A DNA stretch of 61,693 nucleotides, filler included. It is 5 parts of 5 records of this genome, joined end to end, with 100 filler letters (N's around TTAATTAATTAA, not from the genome) between each part and the next. Parts side by side here need not be neighbours in the genome. Positions count along the whole stretch, not along the records: positions 23,626 to 32,089 come from SRR31147125_9280; positions 32,190 to 39,876 come from SRR31147125_9305; 3 more parts are not named here. One strand, written 5' to 3'. This document shows, piece by piece, positions 24,907-33,438 of the stretch. The notes beneath the pieces were generated by a model, which was not told the origin of the DNA, did not search any database, and saw only the letters and a program-made list of their open reading frames with translations. The translations under genes were made by a program, and so were the position numbers. Numbering within the stretch: the first letter of the stretch is position 1; each line of letters opens with the position of its first letter.

Positions 24907-25040
24907 ATGAACAAAACAGACATTTCAATTTTAAAAGAACCTTTAAAGGTTACGGGGAAAGTGGTATTGGAAATTGAACCGTTGGCGCCTTTGTCAATGG
25001 TGAGTGATTTACCTGCTCTTTTTATAAATCATTAAAAAAT
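24907..25040 (+). pseudogene. cas5: Truncated, diverged cas5 5' fragment
   Basis: MNKTDISILKEPLKVTGKVVLEIEPLAPLSMVSDLP, then after a 1-nt shift SFYKSLK. It aligns with the intact Cas5 N-terminus MEKIDISILEKIPELTKRITIQIEPMAPLSMVSNLPGSFYKSLK. Confidence 0.85.
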
Positions 25041-25057
25041 TACATATAACTTATTTC

Positions 25058-25076
25058 AGTCAAATATAATTTGACT
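25058..25076. promoter_or_regulatory. Palindromic operator candidate upstream of the HTH gene
   Basis: AGTCAAAT-ATA-ATTTGACT, perfect 8-bp arms. Confidence 0.5.
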
Positions 25077-25114
25077 TTACGAACAGATTACTTTTTTATG
25101 TAGTCTAAAAATAA

Positions 25115-25122
25115 TAATTTTG
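25115..25122 (+). promoter_or_regulatory. Bacteroidota -7 promoter box for the HTH gene/cas operon
   Basis: TAATTTTG matches TAnnTTTG and ends 24 nt before ATG 25147. Confidence 0.6.
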
Positions 25123-25125
25123 TAT

Positions 25126-25150
25126 ATGTTATAAATAATAAGCTACATGG
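25126..25150 (-). promoter_or_regulatory. Predicted self-target (protospacer 25147-25126 plus 5' CCA PAM at 25150-25148)
   Basis: Minus strand reads CCA-TGTAGCTTATTATTTATAACAT, against spacer TGTAGATTATTTTTTAATAACAT. Confidence 0.7.
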
Positions 25151-25338
25151 CATGTAAATTGAAAACAATAGAAAAATATTACGAAATTCTTATAATATTA
25201 CGTTCTAAAAAGGTATCTGTTCGTGAGTTGATGAAAAAGATGTCAATGTCAAAAGAAGGGGTTTATACTTACCTGAGAACTATGCAGAAGTATGAACCTG
25301 GCCTACGAAATGAGAATAATAAATATTTTTTGCAATAA
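25147..25338 (+). CDS. Small basic winged-HTH protein (63 aa) at the head of the cas locus
   Basis: EILIILRSKKVSVRELMKKMSMSKEGVYTYLRTM fits an HTH_11-like pattern; preceded by a -7 box. Confidence 0.7.
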   Translation: MACKLKTIEKYYEILIILRSKKVSVRELMKKMSMSKEGVYTYLRTMQKYEPGLRNENNKYFLQ

Positions 25339-25414
25339 AAAAAGAGTCAATGTTATTAAAAAATAATCTACAATTTCAATTCCGAAAGGTGCGATTGAAT
25401 ATAACATTGACTCT
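25337..25414 (-). ncRNA. Predicted ~78-nt crRNA-like regulatory RNA (leader-repeat-spacer-U tract)
   Basis: Minus-strand TATCTTCG -7-like box at 25426-25419; 14-bp perfect inverted repeat (25401-25414 / 25343-25356); one repeat; ends in a U7 run. Confidence 0.65.
25373..25401 (-). CRISPR. Solitary CRISPR repeat (no array)
   Basis: Minus strand TATTCAATCGCACCTTTCGGAATTGAAAT, 29-30 nt, ending in the type I 8-nt handle ATTGAAAT; 80 nt upstream of cas6. I found no second copy. Confidence 0.8.
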
Positions 25415-25481
25415 ACCGCGAAGATAAGAATAAATAAACTTGAGAAAGAAATTATACAATTCACTAAAATAAATTTGGCTA

Positions 25482-26147
25482 ATGAGAATACATTTAAAAA
25501 TCGATTCTGATGGCACAGTTGTTCCATTTAACCACCAGAGGAAATTAACAGGAACCATTCACAAATGGATTGGATTAGAAAACATTGAACATGGAGAGAT
25601 TTCACTCTATTCATTTTCGATGTTAACAGGTGGAAAAAAGGATACATATGGAAAAGGGTTAAAATTTAACAATGGCTCATCTTTTTTTATTAGCGCCCAC
25701 AATCCAGCTCTAATTAAAACGATAATTGCGTCAGTACAATCAGATCAGGAAATGTTTGATGGCTTACGAGTAGTGGAAATTATAATACAAGAAGATCCAG
25801 ATCTGAGCCAAACAGATCGTTTTTTGGTTGCAAGTCCCATTTTTATAAAGCGCAAAGAAGGGGAAAGGGTTAAACATTATGCCTTTAACGATAATGGTGT
25901 TGCCGACTATTTAAAAGAAACACTTCTAACAAAAATGGAAAAAGTGGGATTACAAGACGATTCACTAACCATTGAATTCGATAAGGCATACCATAATGCA
26001 AAATGTAAAGTTATGCATTACAACGGTGTGAAAAACAAAGCCAATATATGCCCTGTGATTATCAAAGGAAAACCAGAAACAAAAGTGTTTGCCTGGAACG
26101 TAGGAATTGGTAACAGTACAGGAATTGGATTAGGTGCAATAAAATAA
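25482..26147 (+). CDS. cas6: CRISPR endoribonuclease Cas6
   Basis: H...SLYSFS, SPIFIK, C-terminal G-rich loop GIGNSTGIGLG. Confidence 0.93.
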   Translation: MRIHLKIDSDGTVVPFNHQRKLTGTIHKWIGLENIEHGEISLYSFSMLTGGKKDTYGKGLKFNNGSSFFISAHNPALIKTIIASVQSDQEMFDGLRVVEIIIQEDPDLSQTDRFLVASPIFIKRKEGERVKHYAFNDNGVADYLKETLLTKMEKVGLQDDSLTIEFDKAYHNAKCKVMHYNGVKNKANICPVIIKGKPETKVFAWNVGIGNSTGIGLGAIK

Positions 26148-26153
26148 ATAGTT

Positions 26154-26867
26154 ATGGAGAAAATAGATATCTCAATTCTTGAAAAAATACCTGAATTAAC
26201 AAAAAGGATAACAATTCAGATTGAGCCAATGGCGCCATTGTCGATGGTAAGTAATTTGCCTGGTTCATTTTATAAATCGTTGAAAAGCCCAAGTAAAAAG
26301 ATGTTATGTGGTTTATTTGAAAATATGTTGGGATGGCATTTTAGTTTTAATCATAGAACAGCAATCCAGAAAGAGATAATAAAGGCTCGACGTAAGCAAA
26401 AAGTAGAGTTTTCCAAACCACAAAAAGGCTCAACATATATCCCCCTTTTGATGGAGTATTTCGAAATTGATTTGGTAACAGTTCCAGAATACTTTATGTA
26501 TAATGATTTGTGGAGTAAAGCATATCGAAGAGCTGATGCAGATGTACATCCTAAAGGGACTCAAAATATTCACTATGATTTGATTTCGATTAAAAGAAAT
26601 AAACCACGAAATCCCCAAAAGCCCAAGCAAATTGCAAGTGCAGAATTATTAAAAATGTTTCTTGACGACCAAGGTAAGTTTCCTCTTTATTACTCTACTC
26701 CAACAATGCGAGAATACATAAAACATAATAAGCCAATTGAAATAGTATTAAAAATTGACAATAGCTTACTTTGTATGATTACCAAATACCTACAAACTCA
26801 AAATACAAGCTATTTGGGAAATAGTGAAGGATGGATAGACATTAAAATAAAAAGCAATGGAAATTAG
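26154..26867 (+). CDS. cas5: Cas5, PGING subtype (Cas5p)
   Basis: IEPMAPLSMVS..PGSFYKS...P...LCGLFENMLGWH; YYSTPT.RE; YLGNSEGW. Confidence 0.85.
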   Translation: MEKIDISILEKIPELTKRITIQIEPMAPLSMVSNLPGSFYKSLKSPSKKMLCGLFENMLGWHFSFNHRTAIQKEIIKARRKQKVEFSKPQKGSTYIPLLMEYFEIDLVTVPEYFMYNDLWSKAYRRADADVHPKGTQNIHYDLISIKRNKPRNPQKPKQIASAELLKMFLDDQGKFPLYYSTPTMREYIKHNKPIEIVLKIDNSLLCMITKYLQTQNTSYLGNSEGWIDIKIKSNGN

Positions 26868-28389
26868 ACTACACCCATATATTTGTTTTGGCCAAGCATT
26901 AGTAATAGTTGAGAATGGTGGTGATAAAAAGATGGAGATTACAACCAAAAATATTGCTGATGAGATTGTAATTGGACTTGCCTCTTTTAGGGTTCAACCA
27001 TGTGAATTATTTGAAGGCAAAGAAAAAATAAAATATCGATTTGGTCGAATTGAGAAAGGAAAAACAGAGGTTGGAATTTTCTTAGCCCCTAATATTATTT
27101 CAACTGATATGCTTGCAAAAAACACTTGGAAAGGAGCTTTACAGTTATATGAAAAATGTCAAGATAATCCACCCGAGAAAACAGAAAATGCAACAATGGC
27201 CTTGTCTCCCCTTTCGGGAGAATATTTATCATTTTCAACAAAGGGAGGAATTGGAAGGGGAAAACCCAAAAGCACAATTCTAGAAATGGCTCTCAGTATG
27301 GTCACCACTTTAACACCAAATAAACCATGCCTTCAAGATCGTGGAAATAACACATGCATAATACCGGATCTACCTCTTGATAAAATGATGGATTTCATTC
27401 GATTATTTAAAGATATGCTTCGTCATCAAACAGCTAATGATATTTATTATGGAAGAGTAAAAAAAGAGGAAAAAGGAAAAGGAGCAAATAAAAAAATAGA
27501 ATACAAACCTGTCAGACCGTTATTGTTTCAAGGGAATTTCCCAAATCCACCCAAAAGTACTACACTTGGAGCTGTGGCTTTGTTGGCAACAATTGGGGAA
27601 TTTTGTAAAAAAGAGGAATATTCACGACGAGCACAGGCAGTTATTGAAAGTCTAAAAGGAACAACCATTTACATGGTAAAGTATGGAGATGCAAAAACAT
27701 TTACGTTTAATCATTTTGTTATTGACCTTGCAAAAAATGGTAATCTACGGCGAGTAATCGACAGCCTATATTATTCTAAATTATACAACCAATCGCATCG
27801 CGATTATAAAAATACAGAATATCAGAAATTCGACCTATTCACCAGTCGCTTTCTTCAGCTATTTAATCGTGCTGCATTTAAAGATTTTCTTGCCTTCAGG
27901 GCAGAATATCCACAAGAAGTAAAATTATTATTTATAACATATTTCGAAAAAATGGAGAAAATAGATCCAAACATCGTAACCTCTGCCAGACATTTAGGTA
28001 GATGGCTTAACTTAGTTGCTTACCATACTGCAAAAAGGGAAATAAAAGATGGTACTCAAAATTATTGGGACAAACTAAGAGAACAAAAAGCAAAAGTTCT
28101 TGTAGAGCTGGAAAGTTCAAGTTTTTCAGCAAAATCGGGTGATGCAATGATCGCCCAAGTTGTTACCAGAGCAGGAAGACTTTCAGGAATGGATGCACCA
28201 AGTGAAGCAACTTTGTTTATGGAAAAAACTTCAAGTGGTGAACTCCCCCTTGACCAAGCAAGAAATTTAGTAATCGCATTTTCAAGACTGAAAAATGTGA
28301 AAGAAGAAAAAGTAGATGAAAGGACAACAGAAAGCTCAGTCGAAGAAAAAGCTCAGGAAATGGAAACCAATAATTATCAAGATTCATAA
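26857..28389 (+). CDS. cas8: Cas8 large subunit, PGING subtype (Csp2-like)
   Basis: 510 aa between cas5 and cas7; TTLTP.KP, IPDL, RP....GNFPN.P, FL..F....FKDFLAFRAEYP. Confidence 0.75.
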   Translation: MEIRLHPYICFGQALVIVENGGDKKMEITTKNIADEIVIGLASFRVQPCELFEGKEKIKYRFGRIEKGKTEVGIFLAPNIISTDMLAKNTWKGALQLYEKCQDNPPEKTENATMALSPLSGEYLSFSTKGGIGRGKPKSTILEMALSMVTTLTPNKPCLQDRGNNTCIIPDLPLDKMMDFIRLFKDMLRHQTANDIYYGRVKKEEKGKGANKKIEYKPVRPLLFQGNFPNPPKSTTLGAVALLATIGEFCKKEEYSRRAQAVIESLKGTTIYMVKYGDAKTFTFNHFVIDLAKNGNLRRVIDSLYYSKLYNQSHRDYKNTEYQKFDLFTSRFLQLFNRAAFKDFLAFRAEYPQEVKLLFITYFEKMEKIDPNIVTSARHLGRWLNLVAYHTAKREIKDGTQNYWDKLREQKAKVLVELESSSFSAKSGDAMIAQVVTRAGRLSGMDAPSEATLFMEKTSSGELPLDQARNLVIAFSRLKNVKEEKVDERTTESSVEEKAQEMETNNYQDS

Positions 28390-28407
28390 ATATAAAAACA
28401 TACAACC

Positions 28408-29325
28408 ATGAATATTAAAGGAATATTAGTTACAGCATTAGCTCCGTTCGAAAATCATATTGCAAATGGAGGAGAAAAATTACTAGGAAATGCATCATCA
28501 ATCAAAAGAAGACCCGACGGAAAAGTTTATGTTTCTGGCCAGATGCAACGACACGTCCTGTTTTCAGCAATCGATCGTTTAAACGAAATCGATGAGGACA
28601 AAGGAAACACTTTCGTTTCGAATGGCGATGGCATTAGTCCTTTTATTGAAAAAGACCTTCGTGCCGACATGGGCGGTTTTATGCATCCTAGCAAAGGAGA
28701 TTATTCAGGAAGAAGAACAGCTCCACTTTCTGTTACTCCAGCAGTTGCAACCGGTTTGAGTCAAGTTGGAAGAGATTTGTTAGTTAGGATAAAACTTGAT
28801 ACTAACGAAGACTCGAAAGATCAAGCTTTAGCAACCAAAGAGTTCAGCGAAACAGACATCATGCACATGAACTTCTTTTTAGATGTAAGTGCATTAAGTA
28901 TCTCAAAAGCATTTGAATATGAAGATGGCTTCAATATTGGCACCAAGTATTTCAAACATGCCAATAATCCTGAACGCAAACGCAGAGCCAAGTTATTCCT
29001 AAACGGTACTCGATATATGAATGACTATGCAAGTCAAGCTCGAAATGCGGTTAGTGGCGAACCCCAAAAAGTGTTAATCGTTTTTGATGAAGTAATGAGC
29101 CGAAAAGCTAGCCGTTATTTTGTGGCTGAAGAACAGGAACAAAATAATATTTTGGCAGAATTAGATGCCAAAGGTGCAAAGTATTTTATTGGAGATGACC
29201 AAACAGATAAGAGTGTACAGAAAGCATATGATGAAGCTTTAGCCTTTTTGGAAGCAAATGAATTGTATGACCCATCAAATGGTGACGATATAAAATCTTT
29301 TGCCGAAGCATTTGGTAATGAATAA
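28408..29325 (+). CDS. cas7: Cas7 backbone subunit, PGING subtype (Csp1-like)
   Basis: ANGGEKLLGNASSIK, YVSGQMQRH, DLRADMGGFM, RRTAPLSVT. Confidence 0.85.
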   Translation: MNIKGILVTALAPFENHIANGGEKLLGNASSIKRRPDGKVYVSGQMQRHVLFSAIDRLNEIDEDKGNTFVSNGDGISPFIEKDLRADMGGFMHPSKGDYSGRRTAPLSVTPAVATGLSQVGRDLLVRIKLDTNEDSKDQALATKEFSETDIMHMNFFLDVSALSISKAFEYEDGFNIGTKYFKHANNPERKRRAKLFLNGTRYMNDYASQARNAVSGEPQKVLIVFDEVMSRKASRYFVAEEQEQNNILAELDAKGAKYFIGDDQTDKSVQKAYDEALAFLEANELYDPSNGDDIKSFAEAFGNE

Positions 29326-31589
29326 AATTCAGAATAAAATATTGGCCAAGCCTTCTGGTATTTCGTTGGAAAAACACCATTCCAATGTAATGTCAGAAGG
29401 TGCTTATATTGAAGATTCCTTTCCTGTTGAATTTGAAAAATACCATAACTTTGTTGGAAAATCGTTGGCTAATCGACTGCAAATAGTTTGTAAGCATCAC
29501 GATGATGGAAAAAAGTCAACATCAAATGGCAAGAAGCTTGTCAAAGGGATTATCAAGCATATTTAGAGTGGAAAGAAATTCATCAAGGGACTTTTGTAGA
29601 ATACTCTAAACAGCAAAAAGAAGAAGCTGGTAAGAATATTCGGGTAGCAGCAACAAGACACGAATTATATTCAATTAAACAATTCGATATAGATAAAGCT
29701 CCTTCATATATTCTTACCGCAATAGCTGCACATCATGGAAAATTATCAGTAAAAGATGCTGAACGCTGGATTAAAGAGGGAGCAAAAAATTATTGGGACT
29801 TCTTCAACCAGCTCGACTATGATGTCAAGGATAATTTTTCATTTAAAGATGCCTTGTTAAAACAATATGAGCAAGCTGGCCCGCGTGGACTATTGCAGCT
29901 TGCTGATCACAGGGCAAGTGCTAAAGAAGATGGACAATCAGTTCCAGAAATAAAATCTTTTCGCTACCAATTTCCTCATCCATCAAAACGAGGAGTTCAA
30001 AAGATAATTGAAGAAAATTGGAACAACGACCTTCTTTTGGTTCGAGCTCCAACAGGTGCAGGTAAAACAGATGCTTCATTGCTATGGGCATCGTTACAAA
30101 TTGAAAACAAAAAAGCAGAACGATTAATAATTGCAATGCCAACACGTTTTACATCCAATGCGTTGGAGATAAACGTTGCTGAAACATTATCTGAAACGGG
30201 ACTTTATCATTCAAGTGCCTGGTTTAACAAATTCCAAACAAAAGTAAAAAGCAAAGAAGTGGAACATGCAGTTGCAAAGAAAAACCATGAATTTGCCCGT
30301 CTTTTATATACTCCAATAACTGTTTGTACTATTGATCATTTATTGATGTCGCTAACACTGATGCGAGAAGATCATCACCAAATAACATTTAACCTTGCAA
30401 ATTCATGCTTAGTAATCGATGAAGCCGACTTCTACGATGAATTTACACAAGCAAATATACAAACACTTTTAGTTGCATTAAAAGAATGGAACGTTCCTGT
30501 ACTTTTAATGAGTGCGTCTTTACCAGAATCAGTTGTTCCTTCTTATCAAGCATTAGGATATAATGTAGATCAAATATTAGAAGAAAAGTCGGATAACGAT
30601 AGAATTCGATTTAATATTGAATCAATAAATGAATACGAAGACTTAGTAGAAATAGAACCGCTTTTAGAAAAATGTATCGAAAAAGGAGCTGCAATTATCT
30701 ATGCCAATACGGTTGATAAGGCCATGTCGCTCTATGATTATTTCTGCGATAGAGATGTAAAAGCAATTGTTTATCATAGCCGATTCACGGAACCCGATAA
30801 AAAAGCGAAAGAAGATGAACTGATTGATTGCCTAGGGAAAAAAGCGTGGGAAAATAAAACGGCAAATGGAATTGCAATACTTACTCAGATTGGGGAAATG
30901 AGTATTAACATTAGTGCAGATCTAATGGTTTCTGAGATTTGTCCAATTGACCGATTGACACAACGTGCAGGCAGGTTATGTCGTTTTGAAATCAATGGCG
31001 AACGAAATGTTGGTGAATTGCATGTTATCATTCCGAAAAAAATGGAACTCTTTATCCAGCACCATACGGAACTTTTGATTTACATGAAAAGGCATGGCAA
31101 CCAATTAAACCATTAACGGACACGATTGAAAGAATAGAATTGAAAGACTATAGTGCCAATATGTTGGTGACGTTATTGAATGAAATCTATTCGCATGAAT
31201 CGGAATTTTCAGCAGTAGCTAAACGGAATGCAAATCAGCTAAAAGAATTGTTCATCTCCAATTGGCTAATAAATCCACTTTATAAAGTATCGGAAGAAGA
31301 TAACGATGGAAATAATTGGAGAAGTAGAAATATTCCGCCTCAGGATACCGTTTTTGTATCGTTGCCTGATAATAGATACTTCAATAATTATTTTGACTTC
31401 CAAGAATGGAAGCTATCTAATTCACTTGAAGTCCCTGTTTATTTGATAGAAAAATACATAAAAAAACACATTCTCGATTTTGAATCAATCTTTTTAAAAG
31501 ATGAAGAAGAAAAAATAATGGTTATCCGAGAAGGGTATTACAATTTTGAAAAAGGAGTATTTTTACCCGATGAGAGCAACTTCTTATAA
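29318..31589 (+). CDS. cas3: Cas3 HD nuclease-helicase (read in three pieces; indels at A-runs 29509-29514 and 31036-31042)
   Basis: HD part: LAKPSG.SLEKH, HHDDGK, RHE, AHHGK, LADHRAS. Helicase part: APTGAGKT, DEAD, MSAS, HSRF, QRAGRLCR. Adding one A to each run restores a single ORF. Confidence 0.92.
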
Positions 31590-31631
31590 TCTTCGTTCGA
31601 TCGCTAATGCCAACTTGTAAAAATTAAATTC

Positions 31632-31660
31632 ATCTCAGGGTTCCAAACCCTGTCAGAGGT
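31632..31660. repeat. REP-like palindrome (degenerate copy)
   Basis: ATCTCAGGGTTCCAAACCCTGTCAGAGGT, related to 32057-32089. Confidence 0.65.
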
Positions 31661-31685
31661 AAAAAACATACAACACCAAAACAAC

Positions 31686-32038
31686 ATGCCAACATTTGAG
31701 CACGACATATTTTACGACATCCACAAAATACCAATGAAGAAAAAGTGGAGCTCTTACGAGAAGCTAAAAACTTATCGTACCAGTTTTATATCGATAAACT
31801 TAATGCGAGTGAAAGTTTTGCACGTCAACCGGCAAATATCAGTTTTGATGATGTTTTGGAGCGTATAGATGAATCTACCCATTTTGTATTTATCCACCGC
31901 AAGGGGTATTCAAAACGGGAGCATCGCTTAGAAATTGGTTTCAGCACAATGGAAACCATCGACCACTTTTTGTTTATTTATGTTGATGAACTTAAAAAGC
32001 CATATTTTTTGGAGAAATATAATCTGGAAATAATGTAA
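31686..32038 (+). CDS. Hypothetical protein (~117 aa, split at an A-run near 31740)
   Basis: MPTFEHDIFYDIHKIPMKKK continues in another frame as VELLREAK...HFVFIHRKG...EIGFST..DHFLFIYV. Confidence 0.55.
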
Positions 32039-32056
32039 AACCTATTAAATAGCACC

Positions 32057-32089
32057 ACCTCTGACAGAGTTTGGAACTCTGTCAGAGGT
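32057..32089. repeat. REP-like palindrome at the contig end
   Basis: ACCTCTGACAGAGTT-TGG-AACTCTGTCAGAGGT, perfect 15-bp arms. Confidence 0.75.
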
Positions 32090-32189
32090 NNNNNNNNNNN
32101 NNNNNNNNNNNNNNNNNNNNNNNNNNNNNNNNNTTAATTAATTAANNNNNNNNNNNNNNNNNNNNNNNNNNNNNNNNNNNNNNNNNNNN
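32090..32189. other. Artificial contig spacer
   Basis: N-run with TTAATTAATTAA. Confidence 0.99.
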
Positions 32190-33193
32190 TGGCAATCTTA
32201 CGGACAAATAGTCCTGTTATGAAGGAGGTTTTTAATAAAGTAAGATCTGTTAGTCAGTCAAATAGCACTGTATTGTTAACCGGTGAAACAGGTACAGGAA
32301 AAGGTGTTATTGCTAATCTCATTCACCAACATAGTCAAAGGAGAGAGAATCAATTTATTAATATCCATTGTGGGGCGATTCCTGAAACACTTTTAGAGAG
32401 TGAACTGTTTGGCCATGAAAAAGGTGCCTTTACTGGTGCCGTACGGAGAAAACTGGGGAAATTTGAAATCGCTCAAGCAGGGACCATTTTTTTGGATGAG
32501 ATTGGTACAATAACTCATTCAATTCAGGTAAAATTATTGCAAGTACTACAAGAAAAGATATTTCAACGAGTTGGCGGAGAAGTGTCGATTGAAGCCGATG
32601 TCAGGATCATCGCCGCAACAAATGCCGATCTGAAGGATATGGTCAAAAATGGCACATTTCGTTCAGATCTTTATTATCGCTTAAATGTCTTTCCCATAGA
32701 AATACCGCCTTTGCGGGAACGAATTGCAGACATACCTTTACTTGTCGAGCAATTTATTAAAAAATTGAATCGATTTAACTCTAAAGATATTCGCGGAATA
32801 GACTCAGAAGTTTTACAGGCTTTACAAAATTATACCTGGCCAGGTAATATTCGCGAATTAGAAAATATCGTTGAAAGGGCCTATATTCTGGAAACATCAT
32901 CCATTCTGAGTCGAAATAGTTTTCCTCATGAATTATTTGATAATATGAATGAAGCGCATTTTCATCGTATTGATACCTCTTTGACTTTAGAGAAGGTACG
33001 TAATCAGGAGGTTGCACTCGTCGAGAAAAAATATTTACAAAAGCTACTCACGATTTATAAGGGCAAAATAAATGAAACGGCAAAAGCAGCTGGAGTTGGG
33101 GTTCGCCAGTTACACAAATTAATGAAAAAACATGGTATTCATAAGGAAGAATTCAAACAGTTTGGAAGTAAGAATGTAAAATCGGAACAATAA
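32190..33193 (+). CDS. Sigma54-dependent transcriptional activator (5' partial)
   Basis: [47 protein letters not shown]-terminal Fis-type HTH. Confidence 0.95.
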
Positions 33194-33383
33194 GTTCTGA
33201 TTTAATGTGATCGGAACTTTTAGTTCTGTTTTTTTGGAACCTTTGGGCCTATTAATCTAATTGAGATAAAAACAAAATATTAAGTAAGCCATCCTATTGT
33301 GATTCTTTCCATCTTTATCTTTCCTGATCTTACATCTGTTTTCAATGGTAAAAAACGATAAAAATCGGAATTTGTAATTCTGA
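33182..33383. promoter_or_regulatory. Three copies of the palindrome TCGGAAY-N5-RTTCTG (putative enhancer sites)
   Basis: 33182-33200 TCGGAACAATAAGTTCTGA; 33211-33229 TCGGAACTTTTAGTTCTGT; 33365-33383 TCGGAATTTGTAATTCTGA. Confidence 0.65.
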
Positions 33384-33438
33384 TATTATTAAAGTGGTGT
33401 TGTGTTGTAATTTATTTATAATCATAGGGTTGTATGTT

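Noticed and set aside
25337-25414. RNA anti-CRISPR (Racr) with an Aca-like HTH
   Set aside because: No phage or plasmid genes are nearby, the element sits inside the cas locus, and it has a cognate PAM-flanked target, which fits a regulatory guide better.
25373-25440. Plus-strand reading of the repeat (ending ATTGAATA) with a spacer running toward cas6
   Set aside because: The minus strand has the canonical ATTGAAAT end, a -7-like box, a U-tract and a PAM-flanked target. The plus-strand 'spacer' matches only its own inverted-repeat arm. Not fully excluded.
25470-25477. TAAATTTG as a separate cas6 promoter
   Set aside because: It matches TAnnTTTG but would put the transcription start at or inside the ATG at 25482. 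It could be chance in AT-rich DNA and cannot be supported without start-site data.
23626-32089. A conventional CRISPR array
   Set aside because: I found only one repeat copy and no regularly spaced repeats on either side of the cas genes.
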